Made by a program: the position numbers and the translations under genes
Notes under the pieces: model-generated
What the model was told of the DNA's origin: nothing
Databases searched by the model: none
Seen by the model: only the letters and a program-made list of their open reading frames with translations
In this document: positions 38,150 through 47,461 of the stretch, piece by piece
Position numbering within the stretch: the first letter of the stretch is position 1
Layout: each line of letters opens with the position of its first letter
From: Candidatus Poribacteria bacterium
Lineage (GTDB): Bacteria; Poribacteria; WGA-4E; WGA-3G
Direction of reading: 5' to 3'
NCBI GenBank assembly: GCA_965205015.1
Contig: OZ242029.1
Location: 960,001 to 1,024,000, forward strand
Length of the DNA stretch: 64,000 nucleotides

Positions 38150-39046
38150 TCAACGCGATCTTGCCTTGATCTGTCCCCATGTAGTGGTTAGAGAGGTACC
38201 CCGAGGATTAACAGCAAGCGCACCGCTGGTAGTTGCGCCGTTCATCCCGATTAGCGTCTTACCGTTTCCTGATGCATCTCGAAAGCGGTCTGCCCCTGCT
38301 GGCTCATCAAAATTCCATAGCGCCAAGGTGTGTTCATCACTCTCGAAACGATGGGGCGGATCGAAGGGTGTAATGCCTTTCTTAGCAGGTAAGTCATATC
38401 GAGCGATATTTGAAAATCTTATCGCATCAATTTCGCCATGAAAGTAAGTCGTTTGGGATAACATTATGCCGTCTCTATTGACTCGGATTCCAATTTTATG
38501 AAAGCCCCCGACAAAGAAATTTTTATATTCTTCAGCCCAATTGAGCTCCGCAGCCACTCGATCCACCAAAGGAAACCGTGTTTGAAGGATGCGATTGTTG
38601 TATGCGAAGTTAAATGCGCCATCTTTGAAAATGACTGCCAGATAGTTCCATCGATCTTTCTCCACTTCAACGTCAAGTGTTATCACGCCTTTAACTTTTC
38701 CTTCAAGATGCGCCACGCCATAACAACAGAGTTGATTCTTATCAAGGTTACAATCCTGAGTATTTGAGGTCAACCCGAAGGCAACTTGCTGGCTGAGAAT
38801 GAGATTCCTCTCTGTGAGATTATCCCTTCCACGCTTGGGTCCAGACTTCGGATAGAACCATACCTCGGCGGTAAAATCAAGGGTGTTTGCCGGGATCAAA
38901 TATCCGTGTTCGACAAATGAAAGTATCGCATAGTCATCATCACCATCCAGTACCAAGACACCATCGGAAGGCTTGAAGGAAAAAACAGGCAGAACCAAGT
39001 TGAATAATAGTGCAGTGCCGAGTAGAAACCTAAAGTTAATAACCAT
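38150..39046 (-). CDS. Exported LamG-like protein with C-terminal LTTTWGQIK motif
   Basis: LDGDDDY, FTAEVW, FHGEIDAIRFS..ARY, LALWNFDE. Confidence 0.85.
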   Translation of the reverse strand: MVINFRFLLGTALLFNLVLPVFSFKPSDGVLVLDGDDDYAILSFVEHGYLIPANTLDFTAEVWFYPKSGPKRGRDNLTERNLILSQQVAFGLTSNTQDCNLDKNQLCCYGVAHLEGKVKGVITLDVEVEKDRWNYLAVIFKDGAFNFAYNNRILQTRFPLVDRVAAELNWAEEYKNFFVGGFHKIGIRVNRDGIMLSQTTYFHGEIDAIRFSNIARYDLPAKKGITPFDPPHRFESDEHTLALWNFDEPAGADRFRDASGNGKTLIGMNGATTSGALAVNPRGTSLTTTWGQIKARSR

Positions 39047-39361
39047 GAAAATCCGCCTCCTATCGAAAACAACCGCACCTCAGTTCAGGAACTATTAATG
39101 TTATGGTGTGTTCACGCTTTCATATGATACAGTCGTAACTTTAGTTGCTGCATACCATAATTATCTTCAAGTTCTCCTTCATACACGGACACGGTAAACT
39201 TGCTAATTAGAGGTTCATTGTAAATCCCATTGATTGACAAAGAGACCCTGTTTTTGATAAAATGGTCTTGCCTTACCATACAACTCAGACTCTAAGGAGA
39301 CAGACGGACGAAAAACACAAATCGCTTCCCCTATTTCACTATTAAACGCTCGCGATGCCTC

Positions 39362-40225
39362 TTGTTAATGCTAATTTTGTTGCTAAATGGATCGGTTAAC
39401 GCGGCATTTGAGAATATCGAACTCATGGCGGGACCCGCGGGGATGGGAAGTGCGTACTCGGCAGCAACGCAGGATACCAGCGCACTGATATGGAATCCCG
39501 CAGGTTTGGCACGATTACGGACTCCCGAAATCGGTGTCAGTTACCTCGATCTGCACGGTGTATTAGGTTACAGTTTTGTCGGCGTGGCACACCCGATTCG
39601 GAAAGGACACACCCTCGGCGCAGCACTCCTAAACTCAAGTGACACAGAAGGCATCTCTCAAGAACGGATTGTGCTGTTGTCGCTCGCAACCCGTATATGG
39701 AAGAGACTGCATATCGGTATGAATGCGAAGTATTTTAGCACTTCGGTCAATCTGGAGCAGATACCGTTAGGGCGTGGGACAGGATGGGGCACCGATCTCG
39801 GCATCCAGTATGACTTTATGAGGGAAATCGTTAGAATCGGGATAGTCCTCCCGAACCTGTTCTCGAATCTGTCGTATCGTCGACTTGAAAAAACGACTTC
39901 CAAGAACACCTACAGCGAGTCACTTCTACGTGAATGGCGTATCGGTGCTGCGGTAAGCGTCAATTTCGGCGCAGGGGCACCCTACAGACAACTGGAGACT
40001 GTGTTAGCAGCTTTTGAGATCGCTAACGGTGTCCCGCTTATCGGATGCGAGTACCGGAGTGATATAAGATACGGTGAATTTGCGCTGCGGTTGGGATGGC
40101 GTTTCGGCGATGGACTCACTGCTGGATTCGGCTACCAGCGCGGTAATATCGGGTTAGATTACGCCTTCGTGAACGAGAGATACGGTTCCCAAACCTCACT
40201 GTTCTCAGTCCGACTGTTCTATTGA
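39362..40225 (+). CDS. Outer-membrane beta-barrel, PorV/PorQ (FadL-like) family
   Basis: GMGSAYSA, WNPAGLA, C-terminal G.GY....DYAF...S.RLFY; start uncertain. Confidence 0.7.
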   Translation: MLMLILLLNGSVNAAFENIELMAGPAGMGSAYSAATQDTSALIWNPAGLARLRTPEIGVSYLDLHGVLGYSFVGVAHPIRKGHTLGAALLNSSDTEGISQERIVLLSLATRIWKRLHIGMNAKYFSTSVNLEQIPLGRGTGWGTDLGIQYDFMREIVRIGIVLPNLFSNLSYRRLEKTTSKNTYSESLLREWRIGAAVSVNFGAGAPYRQLETVLAAFEIANGVPLIGCEYRSDIRYGEFALRLGWRFGDGLTAGFGYQRGNIGLDYAFVNERYGSQTSLFSVRLFY

Positions 40226-40316
40226 TTTTTGGATGGGGTTGAGGGTAAACTATCCACAGCAAAATCCATGAGGGTCAGAACCCATCTTGTGATTATCCCA
40301 AAAAGGAGGCGACACA

Positions 40317-40565
40317 ATGGAAAAATCAACGATTATTCAAGAAATTATCCAGCGATTAGACAAACTCACACCTATGCAACAGAAACAAATTTTGAATTCT
40401 GTTCTCTCTTTTTTAGGGGAACCGATAAGAGGCACACCGGGAAAGGAACTGCTTAAATTTGTAGGTACAATCTCGAAGGAAGACTTGGAAATCATGAAGC
40501 AGACAATTGAGGAAGGATGTGGAATGGCATCGTTATCGCAAGGACAGCATACCAAAAAGCGTTGA
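40317..40565 (+). CDS. Putative antitoxin (copy 1)
   Basis: Paralog of 40652-40876 (PGK.LL.F.GTISKEDLEIMKQ.IEEGC); AAGGAGG SD. Confidence 0.7.
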   Translation: MEKSTIIQEIIQRLDKLTPMQQKQILNSVLSFLGEPIRGTPGKELLKFVGTISKEDLEIMKQTIEEGCGMASLSQGQHTKKR

Positions 40566-40651
40566 TTTTCTTATACGACCTATGATAAAATTCTTTCAAG
40601 AGATTGGTAGGCACAGAAACCCCAGCCCCTAATCGAAAAGGAGGCGACACA

Positions 40652-40876
40652 ATGGACAATTTAAAGACAGAACTTTTGGAACAGATAGAAAAACTCACTC
40701 CCCTGCAACAGAAACAGGTTTTGGATTTTGCGTTAGAACTTTCGGGTGAACTGTCAAAACGTTACCCGGGAAAAAATCTGCTTCAATTCGCTGGTACGAT
40801 TTCAAAGGAAGATTTAGAAATAATGAAACAAGCAATTGAGGAAGGGTGTGAGCAGATTGATGAATCAGAATGGTAG
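40652..40876 (+). CDS. Putative VapB-type antitoxin (copy 2)
   Basis: AAGGAGG SD; acidic tail overlaps vapC start. Confidence 0.78.
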   Translation: MDNLKTELLEQIEKLTPLQQKQVLDFALELSGELSKRYPGKNLLQFAGTISKEDLEIMKQAIEEGCEQIDESEW

Positions 40877-41255
40877 ATATCTGCTTGACACGAATATCGT
40901 TATTGCTCTGTTTTCCGAAGAAGTAAGGGTACAAGAGAAAGTGAGAGAGGTCGCAGTTGTAGCATCGGCTCCACCTATAATCGGTGAACTTCGCTATGGT
41001 GCCCAAAAATCTGACAAAGTCTCGGAGAACCTCCACAGAATTAACAGGTTCGTGCAACAAAATGCTTTCTTTCCTTGTGATTTAGAGACAGCACAGTGGT
41101 ACGGAATCATCAAAGACGAGTTGCGTCGGAAGGGCCGCCCTATCCCAAACAACGACCTCTGGATCGCATCAATTGCCTTACAATATGACTTGATTCTTGT
41201 CACACGAGACTCACATTTTGATCAAGTAGAATCTCTACAGACAGAATACTGGTAA
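40860..41255 (+). CDS. vapC: VapC PIN-domain toxin
   Basis: LLDTN, GEL, GRPIPNNDLWIA, LVTRD.HF. Confidence 0.92.
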   Translation: MNQNGRYLLDTNIVIALFSEEVRVQEKVREVAVVASAPPIIGELRYGAQKSDKVSENLHRINRFVQQNAFFPCDLETAQWYGIIKDELRRKGRPIPNNDLWIASIALQYDLILVTRDSHFDQVESLQTEYW

Positions 41256-41258
41256 CTC

Positions 41259-42632
41259 CTACACCAATAACAGATACGGGTCTTGAATATAACTGGAGAC
41301 TGTTTGTAGGAACTGCGCTGCAGGGGCACCATCTACCACACGGTGATCGAATGTCAAACTCAGCGTCAGCATGCTCCGAACAACAATTTCATCGTCGTGA
41401 ACGACCGGTTTCTTCAGAATCCGTCCCACCCCAAGAATAGCACTCTCCGGTGGATTGATAATAGGTGTGAACGCGTCAATCCCGAAGTTTCCGAGATTTG
41501 TAATCGTAAAGGTGCCCCCTTGAAGTTCACCAGGTGTCAGTTGATTACTGCGCGCCCGCTCTGCGAAACCTCTCACCTGTTCAGAAATTTCGGATAACCG
41601 CTCCTTGTCGGCATTTCTGACGACAGGGACTACCAATCCGTCTTCCAATGCGACTGCCACACCGATGTTAATTTCCGGCAATAGATGAATGCCTTCGTCT
41701 ATGAGTGTTGCGTTGAGGCGCGGATGTTCCCCCAAAGCGTTTGCGACGACTTTAACGAGCAGATCGGTATAGGTGAGACTTACCTCTCTCGTCTGTAACT
41801 TATCGTTGAGCATCCCACGGAGTTCGACGAAAGCCGTTGCGTCAACCTCTGTGTGGAGTGTGACGCTGGCGTTGGTTTGAAGACTCAGGGTCATCCGCTC
41901 TGCGATAATTTCACGGATGCCACCCATAGGAATAACCTCTGTCTCCTGTTGAAGAACAGGGGTCTCTATAACGGGGGCTTCAGCGACGGCTGCGCTCGCT
42001 TGTAAGACATCGTCACGGACGATTCTGCCCTCGGGTCCTGAACCGACAATTGAAACCAGATCGACGCCATGTTCTTTCGCCAATCGCCGGGCAAGCGGTG
42101 ATGCCTTAAGCCGGGTGGTTTCTTCGATCGGCGCCGGTCCTCTCAAGTCAATATATCGCTGGACATCGCTTTCAAGGATACGTCCGCCGGGTCCCGAGGC
42201 TTTGACTTCGGTCAAGTCAATAGCGAGTTTTTCGGCGAGTTGACGTGCCGCTGGCGAGGCTTTTGGTGCGACAGCCGTCGTCGGTGGCGTTGCCTTCGGT
42301 TGCGCGGGTTGTACTGACGCTTGCGGTTCCGGCGGGGTGTCCACTTCAACGGGTTCGGGGGGCGTGTCCACCTCAACGCGTGCCACTTCCTCTCCGGGTG
42401 CGCCGATAATCGCTAACAGGGCATTGACAGGAACATTGGCGCCTTCCTCAGCAAACAATTGCGCGATGACACCATCAGTAGGGCATTCTTGTTCATGGAC
42501 GACCTTATCGGTTTCAATCTCTAACAAAGGCTGTCCTTGTGTGACGGTATCGCCCTCCTTCACCAGCCATTTCCCGATTTTCCCTTTGGTCATTGTCTGA
42601 TCCATCTGAAGCATTCTTAATTCAACTGCCAT
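41259..42632 (-). CDS. 2-oxoacid dehydrogenase E2, dihydrolipoamide acyltransferase
   Basis: Lipoyl domain ETDKV, two subunit-binding domains, DHRVVDG. Confidence 0.92.
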   Translation of the reverse strand: MAVELRMLQMDQTMTKGKIGKWLVKEGDTVTQGQPLLEIETDKVVHEQECPTDGVIAQLFAEEGANVPVNALLAIIGAPGEEVARVEVDTPPEPVEVDTPPEPQASVQPAQPKATPPTTAVAPKASPAARQLAEKLAIDLTEVKASGPGGRILESDVQRYIDLRGPAPIEETTRLKASPLARRLAKEHGVDLVSIVGSGPEGRIVRDDVLQASAAVAEAPVIETPVLQQETEVIPMGGIREIIAERMTLSLQTNASVTLHTEVDATAFVELRGMLNDKLQTREVSLTYTDLLVKVVANALGEHPRLNATLIDEGIHLLPEINIGVAVALEDGLVVPVVRNADKERLSEISEQVRGFAERARSNQLTPGELQGGTFTITNLGNFGIDAFTPIINPPESAILGVGRILKKPVVHDDEIVVRSMLTLSLTFDHRVVDGAPAAQFLQTVSSYIQDPYLLLV

Positions 42633-42710
42633 ATTTTAATTTTCCTTGCGGTTCGATAAGATTCGTTCTACGAGAATGATCTTCTCCGTATACCCACCCA
42701 GTGCGATATC
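42633..42710 (-). repeat. Conserved leader repeat
   Basis: CCGCAAGGAAAATTAAAAT-ATG; closely matches 44079-44165. Confidence 0.72.
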
Positions 42711-43014
42711 ATGAGTGCGCCTCAATCAATTCAATCAACAATTCAACATTCGCATCTTTTTCCAGAATAAGTGCAAATTTATGGTATTCGTCGCCCTTAA
42801 AAATCGCCTGAATAAAGGGACTAAACGCTATTAAGAGTTGACTCCCCAAAAAGTTAAGTGGCTTACCGGTCTCTAAAAAAAGAATTGCGGGCGCGGTTAA
42901 ACCGCGCCGTACAATCCACGTTGCCGCCTTTTCAAGCAGGACGTGTTGCTCGGATTCAGGAATATCTTCAAGGACGCGTGGTATTTCAGGATTTGGATTG
43001 AACACAACGAGCAC
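42709..43014 (-). CDS. Conserved hypothetical protein
   Basis: PAILFLE..KPL.FLGSQ motif, GTG start with AAGGAG SD. Confidence 0.72.
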   Translation of the reverse strand: MLVVFNPNPEIPRVLEDIPESEQHVLLEKAATWIVRRGLTAPAILFLETGKPLNFLGSQLLIAFSPFIQAIFKGDEYHKFALILEKDANVELLIELIEAHS

Positions 43015-43037
43015 CTAACTCCTTGCAATACACACCC

Positions 43038-44078
43038 TTAAATCTCTAAATCGCTCAAGTAATCGGCAATCTGCTTGGGTTGACCATCGAGGGTGGTCTC
43101 CATCGCGGCAATGACAAGCACGAAACTTTTGATATTGTCCTCAATCCGCGTATCAGAAGGTTCGCCACCATCAAGCCAATTCAGGAATTCATCAAAGAGA
43201 TGCTGATGTGCCTGATACGGAATTCCGGGTGCCTCGTAGACTTCGGTCTCTCCACCAACACGGTGGATCGTCATCTGGTTGCCGCCTGCGATTTCCACAG
43301 CACCCTCCTCAAACTCAGCGCGATAGTGTTCATGGTTCCAACAATTGACGATACCCGCCGATGAACTGTTGCCTTCATAAGAGGTATGGACCCCATTATC
43401 CATCCGCATCACATAGAAACCGCTGGAGTAATGTTGGAAACTCGACCATTCGGGATTCCATCCAAACCCGATCAAAGTCTCACAATCGCCTCCTGAGAGG
43501 AACCGAAGCATGTCAAGATGATGGACGGAACCTTCAAAAAGCAGCCCGAAATCCATATCGTGCCGCCACGCCTTGCCCCACGAAAGATAACGCCGGTAAT
43601 CACACGCGTATCTTCCTACAATGTGTTGAAGCCGTCCCAACCTGCCCTCATCGCGGATACGAATCAACTCCTGTTTATTGTCTGCATAACGATAATTTTG
43701 AATAATAGCACACGGCAATCCTGTTTTTTGGGCGGTGTGCACCATCGCTTTTGCTGCGTCTAAGGTGTCCGCGATCGGCTTTTCACAGATAACAGGCATC
43801 CCATTTTCCATAGCAGCTATTGCCGCAGGACTATGAAATTGCGGTGGAACAGCAATGCCACAGAAATCAGCCTTGACTTCTGCACAGGCCTCGTTAAAGT
43901 CCGTGAAGAGCTGTGAGGTGCCGAGCCCCAATGCCTCCCCCTGCGCTGTGAGCACATCTGTACTCACATCCGCTAAACCAACGATTTCGATCCGGTCGCC
44001 GAAATTATTCGTGAAATTGTTAATCCAGCCACCCGCCATGCCACTTCCACCAATCATTAAACACGTTCGTTTTGCCAT
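43038..44078 (-). CDS. Gfo/Idh/MocA family oxidoreductase
   Basis: IGGSGMA, CEKP, QNYRY, HHLD. Confidence 0.9.
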   Translation of the reverse strand: MAKRTCLMIGGSGMAGGWINNFTNNFGDRIEIVGLADVSTDVLTAQGEALGLGTSQLFTDFNEACAEVKADFCGIAVPPQFHSPAAIAAMENGMPVICEKPIADTLDAAKAMVHTAQKTGLPCAIIQNYRYADNKQELIRIRDEGRLGRLQHIVGRYACDYRRYLSWGKAWRHDMDFGLLFEGSVHHLDMLRFLSGGDCETLIGFGWNPEWSSFQHYSSGFYVMRMDNGVHTSYEGNSSSAGIVNCWNHEHYRAEFEEGAVEIAGGNQMTIHRVGGETEVYEAPGIPYQAHQHLFDEFLNWLDGGEPSDTRIEDNIKSFVLVIAAMETTLDGQPKQIADYLSDLEI

Positions 44079-44165
44079 ATTTTTAATTTTCCTTGCGGCT
44101 CAATAAGGCTGGTTTTATCGGAACGATCTCCTCCGTATATCCAGCCCGGCGCGATGCTTGGGCTT
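44079..44165 (-). repeat. Conserved leader repeat
   Basis: CCGCAAGGAAAATTAAAAAT-ATG; homologous to the other copies. Confidence 0.72.
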
Positions 44166-44235
44166 ACGCGCTCTGTTTAATTCCTAATTCTTGGATAATA
44201 ATAAAAATAAAAACACATTATGCTTGAGGGCACCC

Positions 44236-44748
44236 CTACGAAGCAGATTTCTGCATGAGTTTACCTCGTAAGACGTAATCGTCTTTGCCGCCTCGGACGC
44301 GTTCAAGTTCCGCTTCGGTAGCCTCACGGCGCACTTTTGCTGGGACTCCCATCGCAACGGCACCCGGTGGGATTTCCTGTCCTTCGCGGACAAGCGTCCC
44401 AGCCGCGACGATGGCATTTTCGCCAATCACTGAACCCGTTAAAAGAATCGCTCCCATGCCGATCAGTGCCCCGTCCCCAATAGTGCAACTATGGAGGATA
44501 GCACCGTGCCCGATCGTAACGTCATCACCGATGAGACACGGAATCTCTTTATCCATATGTATTACCGCACCGTCCTGAACGTTAGTACGACATCCAATTC
44601 GGATCGGTTCTAAATCCCCGCGGACCACACTGTTAAACCAGATGCTCGATTCTTCCCCAATTGTTACATCGCCAATAATCATCGCCCCCGGAGCGACGAA
44701 CACAGACGGATGTACGTTCGGTGTTATGCCTTCATACTCTATCAACAT
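44236..44748 (-). CDS. Gamma carbonic anhydrase family hexapeptide protein
   Basis: IGDVTIG, RGD, NVQDG..IH, IGH...H.C. Confidence 0.92.
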   Translation of the reverse strand: MLIEYEGITPNVHPSVFVAPGAMIIGDVTIGEESSIWFNSVVRGDLEPIRIGCRTNVQDGAVIHMDKEIPCLIGDDVTIGHGAILHSCTIGDGALIGMGAILLTGSVIGENAIVAAGTLVREGQEIPPGAVAMGVPAKVRREATEAELERVRGGKDDYVLRGKLMQKSAS

Positions 44749-44887
44749 ATTTTTAACTGTTGGCTGGTGACTGCTTACCACTAAGTCCTAAGCAGGTGGT
44801 TGATCGTCCCGTACGGGTTCTCTATAGCAGTGCAGCCGCTCCTTTCTCAACTGTTGGCTGGTGACTGTTCGGTCAGCAACACCAAGA

Positions 44888-46561
44888 TTAAAAAAACTGC
44901 TGCGCAACTAACAACTTACGGAGATTTCCTATTCCCCATCTATAAGATATTGCGAATATACCCGCAAGGAGGATTACCAATCCAACAAACGCGATGAGAC
45001 TCTCCATATACCATGCTATCACCAACGCAAGAACAAGTGTCACATCAATAATGAGCGTTACTGTGAATGTCAAAACCCGCAAGATCGGCTTCGTCTGATA
45101 TGTCAATTCCGCCATCCACGGCAAAGTTCCAATCGCTGTATTCAAGGCACACGCCGTCGGAAGTGTTAAGATAGGCGTTAGCATCACTGGCATCCAAGCA
45201 TCCCTCGGAATTTGGAGCAGACCAACAGCAAATAGAGACCAGAATTCAGCATAAACTAATGCACAGAGCAGCGCAGCCATGAATTTACTCGTGAACACCA
45301 ACCCTGGCGTAACAGGGGCGGCTCTCAGCATCCACCATGTCTTCGCCTCATCTCGAAAACCGTTACAACTGATACCGAAGGTAATAAGCATACTATAAAG
45401 AACTATCTGCACAGTAAGAACCAGTCCAGCGTTCGCATCCGCACTGCTTTCCTGCACGAGTAAGATCGCGATGTGAACTACCAAAAACAGTGTGAGCATC
45501 ACAATGGCAATTAACCGTCCACTATGCCTTACGAAAATAAGAAAGTCCTTTAGCATCATAGATCGTATCTTACCACGTCCAAGTGTCCCTCGTATGCGTT
45601 CCAAACGCGATCCCTTAGACTGGCGGAAGTCTATAGAGGTTTGCGGGACAATAGTACTCCGCACGGATTTACGCTTGGAAACCTTCAACTGCCGAATATT
45701 TTCCCAACCGCGCTGATAAATCAGTTGTGCGACGAGCGTTGCCATTCCGGCAGCGACGAGACTGCCTCCAATACCTCCCAGTACCCACCTCAACCGGACA
45801 CCTATTGTGGATTCAGTCACCCAACCCAACAGAAGCTTCCCAATCCATTCGTGTGGATACCATGAAGCAGTCGTATCCGTCGTCCTCCCGGAAACCCAAT
45901 CGAGCAAAAATTGCTTTATGTGGATCGGTTCAAACTCGAAAAACAGTGTTAACGATAACAGAAAACCTACTGTTACGCCGATTGCAGTGCCAAGGACCTT
46001 GAGTGTCGCGAGAAGCCATCCTGACGAAAAGAAACGCGCAATCAACATCACGCCGATGGTAACATAACTTGCAATCATTATTAGAAGACACAAGCATACT
46101 GGAAACAGTATAGCGTAAAAATGCCACGGTAATTCAAATATCAGACCGAACGCTACCCACGGAGGTCCTAAAAAACAGAGGATACTCAGAAAGCGGGTGA
46201 TCGTGAGATGAATGAGCTTATATCCGAAAATCGCGATCGGTTGAATCGGTGCCGCGTGTAGCAATGCGGTGTTCGGTGCTTCATACAAACTTTTCAGCGA
46301 ACTCTCCATCAATTCCTTGGCAACGACGATAATCCCGAAGATCATGAATCCATTAATTACACCCAGCAGAAGTGCCGGCTCCGCCTCAGTGAGTCGTAAA
46401 TGTGTGAAGAGAGAGTTCCCCAACACCGATAGGGCAACGATAAAAACGAGATAACCGACACCCTTTAAAGCGGCTTTTCGCCACGCTTCCCCACCGCGCC
46501 TCAGACCATTTAACCACCCTTGCAAATCCGCTCTTAACAGAATTATCACATTTTTTGACAT
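44888..46561 (-). CDS. Putative ABC transporter permease
   Basis: Multi-TM protein downstream of ABC ATPase; LLHAAPI and MLRAAPV duplicated motifs. Confidence 0.8.
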   Translation of the reverse strand: MSKNVIILLRADLQGWLNGLRRGGEAWRKAALKGVGYLVFIVALSVLGNSLFTHLRLTEAEPALLLGVINGFMIFGIIVVAKELMESSLKSLYEAPNTALLHAAPIQPIAIFGYKLIHLTITRFLSILCFLGPPWVAFGLIFELPWHFYAILFPVCLCLLIMIASYVTIGVMLIARFFSSGWLLATLKVLGTAIGVTVGFLLSLTLFFEFEPIHIKQFLLDWVSGRTTDTTASWYPHEWIGKLLLGWVTESTIGVRLRWVLGGIGGSLVAAGMATLVAQLIYQRGWENIRQLKVSKRKSVRSTIVPQTSIDFRQSKGSRLERIRGTLGRGKIRSMMLKDFLIFVRHSGRLIAIVMLTLFLVVHIAILLVQESSADANAGLVLTVQIVLYSMLITFGISCNGFRDEAKTWWMLRAAPVTPGLVFTSKFMAALLCALVYAEFWSLFAVGLLQIPRDAWMPVMLTPILTLPTACALNTAIGTLPWMAELTYQTKPILRVLTFTVTLIIDVTLVLALVIAWYMESLIAFVGLVILLAGIFAISYRWGIGNLRKLLVAQQFF

Positions 46562-46702
46562 TTTTTAACTATCGGCTGATGACTGCCCTCCAAATGTAAA
46601 GCAAAACAAATTATGCCATTTAAGGCATAACTTCATTTCGGGCAGGTAGTTGATCTTCTCAAAGAGATATATTAGAGGCGCACAGTTCCTACTACAAGCA
46701 AT

Positions 46703-47461
46703 TCAAACATCCGCTGTAAGATCGAGAAAAATATCCTCGAGCGTCTCTGTTCCATCCTGACTGATATCAACAGGTCGTCCGTGACAGTCTTGATTTTTCT
46801 GCTGCAATTCCGCAAGGGTTCCCACAGCAATAAGTTGCCCCCTATTGATAATACCGACTCTATCACAAATACGTTCGGCAATTTCAAGAATGTGTGTTGT
46901 CATAAATACAGTGGAGCCGCGCTCACAACGTTCGCGCAAGATTTCCCTGACAGTGCGGGCACTCCTCGGATCCAAGCCACTGGTCGGTTCATCAAGGAAA
47001 AGAATTTGCGGGTGATGCACAAGGACCGAGATGAGCAGGATTTTCTTCTGCATGCCGTAAGAATACCCCTTGATTTGATCGTCAGCAGCATCGGTAAGCT
47101 CGAGTTGCTCCAGTAGCATACCCATCTCATTTTCAGCTTGTGCTGGTGGCACTTCATACAAATCCGCTATCATCCGGACAAACTGCCTACCGCTCAATGC
47201 TTCATAAAGTTGAGGCGTATCGGGCATCAGTCCAAGAATTGCTTTTGCCTGCAAGCTCTGCTTCTGAATGTCATAACCGCCAAGCGTTGCAGTGCCAGAT
47301 GTCGGACGGAGTAAACCCGTGAGCATATTGATTGTCGTCGTCTTCCCTGCTCCATTCGGTCCAAGGAACCCGAATATCTCACCGGCATCCACCTCAAGCG
47401 TCAATGCATCTACAGCACACAATTTACCGAAATATTTCGTCAAACTTAAGGTTTTAATCAT
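46703..47461 (-). CDS. ABC transporter ATP-binding protein
   Basis: GPNGAGKT, YSYGM, LDEPTSGLD. Confidence 0.95.
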   Translation of the reverse strand: MIKTLSLTKYFGKLCAVDALTLEVDAGEIFGFLGPNGAGKTTTINMLTGLLRPTSGTATLGGYDIQKQSLQAKAILGLMPDTPQLYEALSGRQFVRMIADLYEVPPAQAENEMGMLLEQLELTDAADDQIKGYSYGMQKKILLISVLVHHPQILFLDEPTSGLDPRSARTVREILRERCERGSTVFMTTHILEIAERICDRVGIINRGQLIAVGTLAELQQKNQDCHGRPVDISQDGTETLEDIFLDLTADV

